Of a DNA stretch of 64,000 bases, positions 43,905-59,319 are shown piece by piece. The stretch lies in assembly GCF_009914755.1 (NCBI RefSeq), contig NC_060934.1, one strand, 5' to 3'. The translations under genes and the position numbers were made by a program. The number at the start of each line of letters is the position of its first letter. The stretch's first letter is position 1. Origin of the DNA: the human T2T-CHM13v2.0 reference genome, Homo sapiens. Below the pieces are notes generated by a model. It did no database searches. It was not told the DNA's origin and was given only the letters and a program-made list of their open reading frames with translations.

Positions 43905-44766
43905 CTACTATAGGCTTTTGCTTTGTGGTGGCCATGAGGCTTACATAAACCACCCTTTATACTCTGGTCATTATTCATCCTTCTGATTTCAACACCACTT
44001 CTGTCTACACATGAACCCAAGTCCAGCCACAAGAGACAAATAATGGTAGGGAGAAATTAGATTCTGTGCATTTACTTGGGGCAAAGGAAAGAAACAAACA
44101 CCATGATTTCAAGCATCTCTATTACTCTCACTCAATTTCCCATAGCTGCCTCATTTTATATCTCACCAGTCTCTCTATTAGTAGATACAAGGAACATTTT
44201 AATGTTTTCTTATATCTCAGCCAATTGTGTTCACAGGATGCTTCTTCCAACACTGTGATCTTTAATCTAATTAATAGGCTTAAGCCCCATTTTTATTTTC
44301 TCTTGTCTTGTCCTGCATTTGTTCTGCTTTTGTTCTATCAATCAAGTTACTATGTAGAAAGTCACTGAACTAACCGCAGCGTATTCTTCTCCAGCGCATA
44401 TATCCTGGTGTCATTTATCTTGCTGTTGCTCTTTCACCTCATTTCTTTCAAGAATTACGTGAACATTCACATGTGTTAAATTAAAAATATATACAACCTT
44501 GTAACAGGGAGTTATCATTTGCATAAAATACTGCCACCTGACAGGCTTGTAAGCCATTACAGACAAGACAGGACTTAAACATGAAGCTCAAGGCTGCCTT
44601 GTCATGCACAGCAGATGTCTCCTGCAAAACTCACTGTAAGTCAAAAATACTACAGTTTGGGTCATGCTGGAAATGCATAAAAGGATGGTTTTTTTTTTTC
44701 CTCAACAAACTGGTAGTAAGTTGTTTTCTACAATTAATAATGCTTACAGAAATATTAATTACTTGT

Positions 44767-45044
44767 GGCCGGGCGTGGTGGCTCACGCCTGTAATCCCAG
44801 CACTTTGGGAGGTTGAGGCAGGTGGACCACAAGGTCAGGAGTTCAAGACCGGCCTGGCCAACATGGTGAAACTCTGTCTCTACTAAAAATACAAAAATTA
44901 GCCAGGTGCAGCAGCGGGCGCCTGTAATCCCAGCTACTTGGGAGGCTGAGGAAAAGAATTGCTTGAACCCGGGAGGCAGAGGTTGCAGTAAGCCGAGATT
45001 GCGACACTGCACTCCAGCCTGGGTGACAAACTGAGACTCTGTCT

Positions 45045-45113
<69 letters not shown>
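44767..45113 (+). mobile_element. Alu (AluS) with A30(TA)19 tail
   Basis: Full dimer; A-run 45046-45075 then (TA)n 45076-45113; degenerate TSD AATTACTTG/AATTACCTG. Confidence 0.96.
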
Positions 45114-45118
<5 letters not shown>

Positions 45119-46006
45119 TACCTGCAAAGGTAGCTCCAAGTTTAAATTGTGGCAATATTTTCTTAGGCAGGTTCTAGCTAACTGACAGCTTGCCTCTCCA
45201 TAGGAGTGGCCCTTAAATCACATGATCTTTCTTGTGAGATAATTGGATCAGGGGTAAAAGTTCAATTCAAGCCTAGCCAATCAAATTCTCTCAAAGTGGC
45301 TTGGTAATCAAAATAGCTTTGTCTCTCAAAGACAGGGAGACTCAGTCAATTAGCCCTGAGAGACCAGTCAGGAAGGAAATATAGACTGAAGCCTGCCGTT
45401 TTGGGCCAACCAAGACAGAACCATGTGCATGGGTGTGATCTGAGTCTGGGCAGCAGAGAGAGCAGAAAAAAGCAGTTTGGCAGCAATAATGAAAGGGGAG
45501 AGGAAGATGCCAGAGCACCTTACCCAAGCTCACCTGCAGTTACTATAGTTAGAATCCAAAAATACTCTTTTATTCTAACTATAAATCCTGCATTACTTAG
45601 GCAGTCACACTGGCTAGTATGACTGTGTGCATCAGTGATACACTGGATGATGCTTTAGACAGTGAAGCACAAACATCCAGTGGCCTCTTATCCACTCATC
45701 TTTCTTGACACTAGAAACTTCTCCCAGGCCGTCAGCTTTACTCACTCTGCCTTCTTTTTTTCTTTCTTTCTAATTTACCAGCTGTTCATGAATGGCCTCT
45801 GGAGAAGCCTTTAGTGACACACTGCCAATTGTCTTCTATGAAAAAGCCCAAGTCCTCATGATGGGAATTTCCAAATCTTAGTGCACTCATGCCTCAGTTC
45901 TAATTAACAGAATTTTAAAGTTCAAAGGAACTTTATATGAAAGGACCATATGGCCCAAATTTACAAGGTAATCCTCACATCAAATATTCTGTTTAATTTG
46001 CAATTA

Positions 46007-46694
<688 letters not shown>

Positions 46695-48027
46695 AAAAAT
46701 ATTCCCCTTCCTTCTCCTGAGGATCAAAGAATAAGTGTGGACCCAGTAGCTAATCTCAAGAAGCTTACAGCCTAATGGAAGATTAAACAAGTACATCTTA
46801 GTCAGGATTCCTCAGGTTACAAATGACAGAAACCCACGTAAACCAGGCTGGACAAAGAGAGGAACCCATTGGCTCAAGGAATCCAAGGATAGTTTAAAGA
46901 TTCAATCTGACAAAAATGCAAGAACTCATCAAGGAATCAGAACCAACTGGGTTCTCCATCCAGACTCTTCCTCTGCATACACCAGTGAGGTTTAATTTAT
47001 TACTAATAAAATGGGAGGATAATGTCTACCTTAGACGTCTGGGGTAAAGATTACATTTTAAACACCTCGAGGAAGTGCTGAGAATCATGCAAGGAAGGAG
47101 CTCAATAAATGTCTCTATTTTCTCTTATAGATGTTCCACAGTACTTGTAAAACACTGAGCACCAAAATGCAGCAAATCCCAGGAACAAAGAATTTGTTAC
47201 CGCATATACTTTAGGTAGGATGAAATGGAAAATGGAAAACTGAAGAAAAGGGGGAAAACAGAGATAAAGAAACTTTTGAGTAATTAGGGAGAATCTTCCA
47301 GGCATCTTCCAGTCCAACAGAGATATTCTTTCTTCAAAAACCAAAGCGGTATATTCAATTTCTCCCCATCCCAGGAAAGTTGCAGGAAATTATCTTGAAG
47401 AAAGTGTTATCAAAAAGGAAACCACACTTCCTAAATTTCCAACAGTTGCACAATAGCTAAAGTATTAAAATGGAATATGTAGAGCTAGAAAAATAGGAAT
47501 ACATTTATAATGCCTATGGATCTGAGTTAGAAAACTTTTATAGATTCAAGAATGAATTTGGAACCACTTAACTGAGAACTCTCTGGAATTAGCATATAAA
47601 AAATAAGCAAGTATTCTGAAATCAAGAAGCATGGACTGAAGCTGATTAGTACATTAGGAGTAGAAAAACTCATGAAGATTAACGTGGATGCAAAAGGGCC
47701 CAGAACAAAACTGCCTCCACCATCCACAGCTAAGGATTCACCAGTAACCTGATAAAGAAAGATCTGAAGGAAATAATGTGAAATGATGAAAAACACATTT
47801 TTTAAACTGTCAAAGGTGCTAATTAGAATATTTTTTTAAAAACTGAAATGTCTAAATGAAAACAGAAAATTATGTAATATAAACTTGTACACACAGAGAA
47901 AGCTGTTTAAATGGAGTATGCTAAAATAATAACAATGGTCTGTTTGTAGGGTGGCACTATAGACAACTTGCTCTTCATTTCTTTTCTGTAATGAATATGC
48001 ATTACTCTTCATTAAAAAAGATTTTAG

Positions 48028-49170
48028 GAATAGACAGTTCTCAAAAGAAGATATACAAATGGCCAACAAACATATGAAAAAATGCTCAACATCACTAGTG
48101 ATCAGGGAAATGCAAATCAAAACCACGATACAATACCACCTTTCTCCTGCAAGGATGGCCATAATCAAAAAAATCAAAAAACAGCAGATGTTGGTGTGGA
48201 TGCGGTGATCAGGGAACACTTCTACACTGCTGGTGGAATGTAAACTAGTACAGCCACTATGGAAAACAGTGTGGAGATTCCTTAGAGAATTAAAAGTAGA
48301 ACTACCATTTGATCCAGCAATCCCGTCACTGGGTATCTACCCTGAGGAAAAGAAGTCATTATACAAGAAAGGAACTCGCACACGCATGTTTATAGCAGCA
48401 CAGTTCGCAATTGCAAAATCATAGAACCAACCCAAATGTCCATCAATTAATGAGTGGATAAAGGAACTGTTGTATATATATACAATGGAATACTACTCAG
48501 CCATAAAAAGGAATGAATTAACGGCATTTGCAGCAACCTGGATGAGACTGGAGACTATTAATGTTAGTGAAGTAACTCAAGAATTGGAAACCAAACACCA
48601 CATGTTCTCACTGATATGTGGGAGCTAAGCTATGAGGATGCAAAGGTATAAGAATGATACAATGGACTTGGGGACTTGGGGGGAAGAGTGGGAGGGGGTG
48701 AGGGAAAAAAGACTACAAATAGGGTGCAGGGTATACTGCTCGGGTGATGGGTGCACCAAAATCTCACAAATCACCACTAAAGAACTTAGCTGGGCGCAGT
48801 GGCTCAGGCCTGTAATCCCACCACTTTGGGAGGCCAAGGCGGGTGGATCACCTGAGGTCAGGAGCTCGAGACCAGCCTGGCCAACATGGTGAAACCCCAT
48901 CTCTATAAAAATACAAAAAATTAGCTGGGTATGGTGGTAGACACCTGTAACCCCAGCTACTTGGGAGGCTGAGGCAGGAGAATCGCTTGAACCTGGGGAG
49001 GTTGCAGTGAGCTGAGATTGCACCATTGCTCTCCAGCCTGGGTGACAAGAGCGAAACTCTGTCTCAACAACAACAACAACAACAAAAAGAAAAGAACTTA
49101 GTCATGTAACCAAATACAACCTACCACCTGTACCTCAATAATCTATGGAAAAAAATAAAAAAATAAAAAA
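48028..49170 (+). mobile_element. L1PB-type 3' end (ORF2 C-terminus + 3'UTR), interrupted by an Alu
   Basis: Peptide [29 protein letters not shown]; gggagctaagctatgaggatgcaaagg; ggtgcaccaaaatctcacaaatcaccactaaagaactta. Confidence 0.92.
48788..49090 (+). mobile_element. Alu (AluSq/Sx-like) with (AAC)n tail
   Basis: Dimer; TSD AAAGAACTT at 48779-48787 and 49091-49099. Confidence 0.96.
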
Positions 49171-49277
49171 GTTATAAGGGAGGTAGTCAAAAAAATAAAA
49201 AATAAAAATAAAATAAAGTTATAAGAGAGCTAGTCAAAAATAAAAGAAAATAAAAAGAAAAAAGAATACAGTATAAG

Positions 49278-49965
<688 letters not shown>

Positions 49966-51968
49966 AAAACAAAACAAAACAAAAACTACTTTAGGAAAAT
50001 GTTTTAAAATTACTTCTGTCATTGCTAAGACAGGGACATGGAAAATCAGACTGAAGTTTCAAAAAAAGTACCCAGAACATAAATTTGAAGGCACAACATT
50101 CTAACTAACACCTACTGGGTGTTCCAGTGGCCAGGCACAGTGTAGAGAGAGGGCTTAGTGTAGAGGACCAGCACATTTCATCTTCACAACGACCCCACAG
50201 GTTGATGCTATGGCTCCCCCCTATGCTATAAAAGGATAAAGTGAGGCACAGAAAAGGGAGTGATGTGCTCAGGGTCACCCACCTGGGTAGAGGCACAGCC
50301 AGGACGTGGACTCAAGTCCATCTGACCTGGGAGAACACACCCTCTAAACCTCTACTGGGGCAACTCACTCCATCAAAGCCCATCGGTTCACATGAGATGT
50401 TCCATTAAAACTATTGCAAAAAATCATTCATTCAATTCTCATGAGAGTCCTGGGGCAGGTACAGAAGCTATGTCTCAAAGAAGTCAGGCTACTAGACCAC
50501 ACTCACACAGCTGGTAGGGGTATAGCACTCATGTAGCCCTCCTCTTTCTACACTGTGGCCACAACACTCATCACCAGGAGAGCTGGCATTCCAACTGTGC
50601 TCTTCCCACCCAGGATCAGGACTTTTGTTCAGGAAATTCAATAGCACATTCAACAACTCTCCACAAAGCACTGCCCCGGGGGCTGATCACCAGGGATCCA
50701 AAGACAGAGCTTTGTCAATGTTCCTCTTTCAAGGGGCACACATTCTGTTGGGTTACACACATAAGGCACACACAGTCATAAGGTGATATGACAATGATTG
50801 TGATGATGGCAGCTGTAAGATTTACATGTTTTCCATGGAAGACCCAGGAGAGTGCCCAAGAGGTCCAGACAATAAGAAAAGAAGCCTGTTAGACTCTGTT
50901 GCAAGCCAGCAACAAAGATTGATTCTCTTGTTGAATTGAAGACAGTACCCCAAGCGTCTGTAAACAGAACACAAGGAAGAGATTCAGCTAAACATGGAAT
51001 CCAGAGGTGCATTCTTCCTTGCTCCACCTCCCATCCTCCCCTGTAATCCGGTTAGCACCCTGTTAATCTTAGCTTTGTTCATTGGTAAGTACATTTTAGC
51101 CTATGGGATATGCATGCATAATGCTATGCAGAGCACAAGCATGGGAGCCAACCTTCTTTCTGATGTTTAGACTCCTCATTCCTGACCTCATGCTCTAGAA
51201 GGGCCAAATGCAGCTGTTCCTCAGTGGTACTGAGTCAGATCTGTGGTTAGCCCACAGGATGCTGATCCAGATGGGTAGAGAGGAAAGAACAAGGACACCG
51301 GGAGCTGGGCTCCTGATTTCAATTCTGTTCGTGACTGGGTTATCTGCCCTCCCTATACCTTTTACTCCCTTTTCCAAAATAAGTGGTCTTGAATATTGGA
51401 CTCACTAATTTTATAATTGGAATTAGTCTTAGAGCTGGCTGCCTCCTATATTGAATGCAAGAGAAAACCAAAATATAAAAGAGTCAAGCAAAATACTCAA
51501 AGCCACATAGGGAATTAGGGATACCCTTTCTATTAATTCTAAGTGGACACTGTCTGGGTGTAAAGGATCCCATTCTAGGGATTACTTCCAGGACGAGAAG
51601 CAGAAATGGGTTGAGGAGCCATGGCTTCACCTGCAGCTCAGGGAAACCTGGTCACTGGGGGGCCCAGAGGTCAAAGACGTATACTTCTCCTTCCCTGCTC
51701 TGCCCTCACCACCCTTGTTGTGATTGGCCCCTTTCCCCTGCACATCTCTAGCCAAGTTTCCTGCAGTAAATTCAAGCAAGGAAATGCTGATTTCTGGCTT
51801 GAAGGAATAAGGGAAGATTGTGTAGTCTGCAAAGCTAAAAGTGACTCCGCCAACCAGAAATCAGGTCTCAGCAATGTCATCTGTTGTATGGAACAGAACA
51901 ATGAAAGCCTCAGTTTCTTTTCAGTGAAATAGGACTAATGTTTGCCTTATTCACCTTAGAGAGTAGCC

Positions 51969-52413
51969 TGTTAAATAGAAACTTATTCTGACACTTGACA
52001 AAAAGATAAGGAAGACTTTATTCAAGACCACTGCAACAGAAGTCATCTCTATGCAATAAGGAAGAGAGTGGGCTCAACTTCAAATATAAGGACAAAGGGG
52101 CTTGACAGACAAGAAGCAGGGTAAAGGGTGGGGAAGCATGGGGTTCAGTGGATGGAAAATTACTCAGAAGAATATCAAGGATCGGGGGGTTCTTGCTAAA
52201 CTCACCTAGCAGGATTCTTGTTAAAGGCAGGCCAAGGACTTAGACCTCAAAGTTGGGTGATGAGAAACTTGATCAGATATCAAGGGTAGTGAGAGCCTTA
52301 CTAAGGCTGGGCTGGGCAGGTAAAGGACAGGACAGGGGCTAAGCTCAAGGCCTGGTCAGAAGGAGAGGTCAGAGAGCCCAATCAAAGTTTGGCCAAGGAG
52401 AGAGTCTTCGTCA
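51969..52413 (-). mobile_element. ERV1 solo LTR, MER31-like
   Basis: Minus-strand start TGACGAAGACTCTCTCCTTGGCCAAACTTT; TG..CA termini; TSD AGCC at 51965-51968 and 52414-52417. Confidence 0.85.
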
Positions 52414-53932
52414 AGCCACAGGAATCAGCTGAGACTCTCACTGTAACATGCATGCTAGGAAACTGTAAAGAACAATTCTTATAACTTTGCTATATATATC
52501 TTACAGTCATTTGCTATGAGGATTATTTAGAAATAATTTGTGTTTAATAGCTGGTTAAAATACAGTTGGTATTCCAAGTGTAATCAAACCAAACACACAA
52601 GATACAAACCCTGGAAGCTCTGAGAAAGGAAGGATTTCACAAGCCAATAATGTTATGACCATCTGATTAACTGCTTTTAGCCATCATCACAGCTAACAGC
52701 CAGGTAGTCAGGGACCACTGGGAAGCTGGTCCTATCTAGGCATCTGAGTGATGAGCCCAGCCAGTCACTGGCAAGACCCTTGGGATGAGTCCCACTTCAC
52801 AGCTGGGGAGGTGGCTCAGGGTTCAGCCCACACAGAGCTGTGTTAATCAATCCTGTACTTCCAGCCTGAGGAAGAACAAAAGGAGGAATAACTCAGAGAA
52901 GAACTTTCTCATCCTGTATCAATGTCTTCCTGCTCATTTTAAAGACTGCTGTTTAATACCTGCCAAGAATTTAGGAGGTGATTTTGAATTCTTTCACAGA
53001 TTTGAGAACATCACTAAGAAAACAGATCACCTGGACCAGATGCAATGCTGCATTTAATGCACTTTTATTCATCCAGGAAGCTTTGAAATGTGCCCAGCAA
53101 TACAGCAGCAGATGAATTTAAAAGGTCCAGAACCCAGAACCCAGAGAAGCAAACTAAATCTGAGCAAGGGCAGTCATTGGTCAGGGGTAGGCAGTAGGCT
53201 CTGCAAGTGTGCCGATGGGGTCATCGGTCCAATACACCACCACGCAGACCACACAGGTGTGAACCAATGGAGCCCTTGGCCATTCTTCCACCTGGCACAT
53301 TGGACGCAGATCTGCTCAATAAGCCATGTGCTTTCCTCACTGTGCAACTTCTCCCTTTAGACTTCTCAAACATGGATGCCTGGTAGAAACAGAACTGCCT
53401 GTTATCGTATCTTTGGGAAATTCAAAATTACTAAAGATTACAGATGCATTAACACCATAACGCAAACCACTCACACAAAAATAGGAGGTAAAAGATAAAG
53501 TTTTGTTCTAAATGAAGCCCCTCCTTATTCCCCAAACCCAAGGAAAAATTTCTCACCCAAGCATGTGATATGCTGCCAGTCTTCTTCTGAGCACGTTCAG
53601 TTTATCGTGTCCTGGGGTTATTTCTGTGCTTGCCTCACCCGCCCACTCCACCACTTTTCTTTCAGGGCCCATGGAGCCCTTCTGAGCCAATCAAGACTTA
53701 GGTTCTGCTGGCTCTGGATGCAGCCTCAGAATCCTCAATCACTTACCCAGGCAGACACAGCCAGTGAGCCAGAACTGGCACAGAAAGAACTCAATCTGTT
53801 GCCATCCCGAGTCTAGACAAGGAGGCAGGGAAAGCCTCGTACTGACTTTGTTTTTATCCCCCTTGGGGCCACAGGAAACGGTCTCAACACTATTCATTTG
53901 CCTGCCTTTGCCTTAAGTTCTCACCTGCATTC

Positions 53933-53962
53933 AAATAAATAAATAAATAAATAAATAAATAA
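53933..53962 (+). repeat. (AAAT)n microsatellite
   Basis: aaataaataaataaataaataaataaataa. Confidence 0.9.
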
Positions 53963-55513
53963 GCCAAATCTTCTTATCAAAAGCAAATAGAGCTTGGGAA
54001 TGCTCTAATCCAAATGTCCTAATCTTTCTGAGAAGAGAGCATACAGCCAGATCCTGAGGGGCCACCTACCCCGCTTCCCCCTTGCTCACTTTATTCCTGC
54101 AGGACACGAGAGCTGCTCTCTCCAGAGGGTAAGGGAGGAGGTGCCAGCCAGCTTCTCCAACAGGTCAGTGTGGTCACCTTTTGGGAAACCCTTGACAGAA
54201 TTCCACCTTCACAGATATCTAATCCTATAGAGCTATGGTTCCCCCAAAGATTTTGGATGTGAACAGTGGGGGCTCTTGTTTATCCTCCAGAGTGAACCCA
54301 CCAGGGGTTTTCAAAGCAGAGCCTCAGCAGTACCGGATGCCACCTCACTTCTGTAAGGAGGAAGGATGTGGGGAAGCCCCGGACCATATAATGGGTATGA
54401 ATTCCTACTGGGAAATGCTTTTTCTTCTAGATGTAAAATATCCAAAAGAGACTGTGATCCTCCTCTAACAGACATCCATGAAATAACCTGTGCGATCTAT
54501 TGAAAGCATGTTCTCTGTACTGAACTTACAGGTGGAGGCTGGCGGCTCTTGGTCTAATAGAATCAGAATCATCTGGAGGGCAAGGATGGGAACAAAAGAG
54601 GCTTACGCTTTTTGAAATAGTTTTGAGCACTGAAGAGTTGATTCCATTAAACCGCTGAGTCTAATAAAAGGAAACTCCCTTCAAAAAGAGGCAACACAAG
54701 TATTTATATGAAAGGGGAAAAAATACATCCCTCAGAAACTAAGCAATAAACACATGTAAAAATGTGATAAGGAGACATTAAAAAATCACTGTGTTACACT
54801 CAGCTAGTTTCAATGACTTTAGTACTACACAAACAGGAACAAATCCGTGGATCAAGAACAAACCCCAGGCTGCCAGTGCACTTTCCAACTAGCAAAGCCA
54901 GAGTGCTGTCTCAAGAGGCAGTGTCTGGAGCCTGAGAATCCAAGTCCACTCAGTGTGTTGAGATGGCCTGGCTGTCCTTCACAGTCAGAGGTCACCTGGT
55001 TCCAGTGGTTTAGCAGGGCAGAGTGCCCAGGAGCTGCCAGCCCTGATGCCAGAAGTGGGGAGCTGCTGTGACCAGATACAAGGTCAAACAGGCAGTGATG
55101 CAGAGTAGGAGCAAGATTGGGTTTAGAAACCAGAACCTGGGGACCGCTGTGAGGGCAGAGCCAGCAGGGCCAGCAGGCAGGAGGCCAGAGAAGCAAAGAA
55201 GCTTGCCAGCCAGGCCACTGTACCTGCTGGGGTGGTATTTGGTTATGGCAGGATCTTTCCAGAGGCATGCTCCACCCCACCCTACCCTCAGACCCACTGC
55301 CTCTGTTCTTGAAGACACCTGACTCCACACCCAGGACCTGCAAGGGGTCATAGAGAGGAGGACCTGCCAGCTGCCTCTCTATGTGGGGTGGGAGCAGCTG
55401 ACACAGGGACCGCTCTGAGGAGGAGCACGGAGGCCCACAGCCAGTCCAGACACCCACTGATCCAGGGGCAGTGAGAGCAAGTTGGTGCGGCCACAACCTC
55501 TGTCACCTGAGGC

Positions 55514-55730
55514 CAGTGGTTTACAACTGGACACAATTTTGCCACCCCTTTTCCCCACCCCCCATTTGACAATGTCTGGAGGGATATATGGTTGTCACAA
55601 CTTGGAGGCACAATGGGCCTCTGGTGGCTACAGGCCAGGATGCAGCTAATACCTTACAATGCACTGTATGGCCCCCACCACAAATAATATCCGGCCCTAC
55701 ACATCAATAGTGCTGACACTGACGAAGCCT
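55514..55730 (-). mobile_element. MER20
   Basis: cagtggtttacaact...catttgacaatgtctggag...ggttgtcacaact...ggccaggatgcagctaa...caatagtgctga. Confidence 0.82.
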
Positions 55731-56413
55731 GCCTTACACCAACCAGTAGGTCATGAAATGTTTCAGATGCAAAATGGTGCTGCACTTCACACATAGTGAG
55801 GACATTGCTGGAAGCCTCTGCCTTCCTAGAATTTCTTCTTTGATTTCCAGATATCCCGTAAAGCTGTGCGAATGTCCCGATTCTCAATCATACTGTGAAA
55901 AAAGTGATCTGGAGGGTCTCGAGACCCGGCTGACTGCTTCTATTTCACCCACCAGACTGTTTCCATACACGTGGGGGGAGATACCCCGAAGAAAACCAAT
56001 TTAGGAGAAATGAATATGAATTATTCACTCCCCTTACAATGAAAAAAAGAAAGCTGCAACTTGACTAAACAGGGGCCGTTACCCTTTGAAAGATATCTTC
56101 CCTTTTGTCTGATTCAAAGTAGCCATTTTTCATGTAAAATATAAGCTAACCGGGGAAATTACATTTCTACTCTTTTATAATACAGATTAGAAAGATGAAG
56201 AGAAATCTGCCATAAACAATAGAAAAAGCCATTATTCAGATGAAGAGCAGCCTGCAGGAGGCCAGTTTGCTGGAGATGCAAGACCTGTAAGCAGCAAGTG
56301 GCTCAAGAGCAATAATTCTCAGGCTGGGCTACACATTAGAATCACCTGAAAAGCTTTAGAAGCACCTGCCAAAGCTCAGGCCACACCCCTGAATAATTAT
56401 ATTAAGATAAAGA

Positions 56414-56914
56414 CCGGGTTCTCAATAGCTTGCATCAGAATCCCTGGCTGGCTTGTCACAGCTCAGCCGGCTGGCCCACCCCAGGGTCTCCACTCTGTAG
56501 GTGAGGGTGGAGCCTAATAAGTTGCATTTCTCTCTCTCTCTTTTTTTTTCCTTTTTTTTTTTTTTTTTGAGACGGAGTCTCGCTCTGTCACCCAGGCTGG
56601 AGTGCAGCGATGCAATCTTGGCTCACTGCAACTTCACCTCCTGGATTCAAGCAATTCTTCTGCCTCAGCCTCCTGAGTAGTTGGGACTATAGGCACGTAC
56701 CACCATGCCCAGCTAATTTTTGTATTTTTAGTAGAGACAGGGTTTCACCGTGTTGGCCAGGCTAGTCTCAAACTCCTGACCTCCGGTGATCCACCCACCT
56801 AAAGTGCTGGGATCATAGGCGTGAGCCACCGTGCCCGGCCATAAGTTGCATTTCTAAAAGTTCTCTGGTGCCTCTTGTGCTGCTGGTCTGGAAACCTCAC
56901 TTTGAGACCCACTG
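56414..56914. mobile_element. MER5A, interrupted by an Alu
   Basis: gcatcagaatc...cccaccccag...ttgcatttctaa...gctgctggtctgg...cactttgagacccactg. Confidence 0.75.
56532..56840 (-). mobile_element. Alu (AluSx-like)
   Basis: Antisense dimer; TSD ATAAGTTGCATTTCT at 56517-56531 and 56841-56855. Confidence 0.96.
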
Positions 56915-56934
56915 CTCTCGGGGAGAGATCCAGG

Positions 56935-57475
56935 TATTACAGGAAAGGGGTCCCGATCCAGACCCCAAGAGAGAGTTCTTGGATCTCACACAATAAAGAA
57001 TTCAGGGCGAGTCCACAGAGTAAAGTGAAAGCAAGTTTATTAGGAAAGTAAAGGAATAAAAGAATAGCTACTCCATGGAGCAGCCCCGAGGGCTGCTGGT
57101 TGTCCATTTTTATGATTATTTCTTAATGATATGTTAAACCAGGGGTGGATAATTCATGTCTCCTTTTTTAGATGATATGGGGTCACTTCCTGATGTTGCC
57201 ATGGCATTTGTAAACCGTCATGGCGCTGGTGGGGAGGGTAGCAGAGGATGACCAGAGGTCACTCTCATTGCCATCTCGGTTTTGGTGGGTTTTAGCCAGC
57301 TTCTTTGCTGCAACCTGTTTTATCAGCGACGTCTTTATGACCTGTATCTTGTGCAAACACTTATCTCATCCAGTGACTTAGAATGCCTTAACCATCTGGG
57401 AATGCAGCCCAGTAGGCCTCAGTTCATTTTACCTAGCTCCTATTTAAGATGGAGTTGTCTGGTTTACATGCCTCC
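56935..57475 (-). mobile_element. ERV1 LTR, MER41A
   Basis: aaaggggtcccgatccagaccccaagagag...gagcagccccgagggctgctgg...tgttgccatggcatttgtaaac...aagatggagttg; lacks the MER41B GAS-bearing segment. Confidence 0.9.
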
Positions 57476-57531
57476 TCAGGAAGATGGATTTGAGGTTTCC
57501 TCCTGTCTCCTTGTTTGGTGGTCCTATGATT

Positions 57532-57994
57532 TGTGAAAAAAAATACATTTGGGGCCCCAAAATCACTCAGCTAAAGGGAAGAGTCAAGCTGAGAACTGCT
57601 TAGGGCAAACCTGCCTCCCATTCTATTCAAAGTCACCCCTCTCTCACTGAAATAAATGTATATCTGATGGCCTCCTTTGGAGAGGCTAATCAGAAACTCG
57701 AAAGAATGCAGACATTTGTCTCTTACCTACCTATGACCTGGAAGCCCCCTCTCCACTTCCAGTCATCCTGCTTCCAGTCATCCTGCCTTTCCAGACAGAA
57801 CCAATGTTCATCTTGCGTATGATGACTGATGTCTCACGTCTCCCTAAAATGTGTAAAACAAAACTATGCTCTGACCTCCTTGGGCACATGTCATCAGGCC
57901 CTTCTAAGGCTGTGTCACAGGTATGCGTCCTCAACCTTGGCAAAATAAACTTTCCAAATTAACGGAGACCAGTCTCAGATATTCGGGGTTCACA
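57532..57994 (+). mobile_element. ERV1 solo LTR, MER4A1, inserted in another ERV1 LTR 3' remnant (~57476-58080)
   Basis: TGTGAAA...ggggccccaaaatcact...gggcaaacctgcctcccattctattcaaagtc...ggggttCACA; near-TSD GATT/GATA. Confidence 0.9.
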
Positions 57995-58863
57995 GATAAA
58001 CCTGTTTCTCTGCTGCAACCCAGTGTCTTGGTGTATTGCCTTGCTCTGTATATTGGGCAATGGTACTTGTTATTGTTACAAAGTAACATCACGCATAAGG
58101 TGAGGTGACTGATAGCAATAGCACTGGGGGCAGCACTAGGGCAAATGTTTGAAGTTTAGTGGTAAGATGCTCGTTTATTAGGAAAAAGGACTAGTGATCT
58201 ATGACTCTGATAATATTGAAGAGGTGTTACAGAAGTGGCACAATGTGTGAAATACAGATATAATGCAAAGATCTAGGCATTCCTGACCAGGTGCACTTGC
58301 TGAACCTCAGTTTACCCAGCTACAAAATTGTTGACTGAGATCTCTTTCAAGGTCCTTTCCACTCTCATCTTCAACAATACATGTGTATATTGAGATGTTA
58401 AAATAATCGACTTTTTTGAAAGCAAGCCATGCTTGTTTTAAACACATTGGGAAATTCAAAGGGACATCAGTAGTTATCTTTAAATGATATTACCAATGAT
58501 ACAAGTTTCTTCTTTATTCTGTCATATAATTTTGCAAATTTTGCAAAAAGTGATATGTAGTATTTTTATAAATCAGAAAAAATTAACTACAGCAAACACA
58601 CATACAAATACAGAAATATCAGTGTCCAAGATACACAGAAACAAATCATGTGAGAAGGCCACAGATGATTTGGGATTGCTAATGAAGTTCTTCTCCAAGT
58701 GATATCCCAAATTGATAAAACGTGTAAATATCAATGCCTGAAGGCTCAATAAGATGCTAAAAGAAATGAGTTTATTTTATTTTCTAGAATACAAAATTGG
58801 TTTTTCTCTTGCCTTGAAGTCTGAAATCATGCTGTGTTCTATCTTTCCCACCAGCACTTTTAG

Positions 58864-59205
<342 letters not shown>

Positions 59206-59319
59206 AACACTACAATTTAAATACGGTGTTTTGGAGTAAAATAAAAACTAAGCAGAGACTACCTTGTCTGGCCATGACAGAGTAACTGGTGTCAGATGTA
59301 CCTCCTTGCTATAAATAGG

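Noticed and set aside
54852-55496. 214-aa minus-strand ORF
   Set aside because: Composition typical of random GC-rich DNA; no recognisable domain or clear splice context
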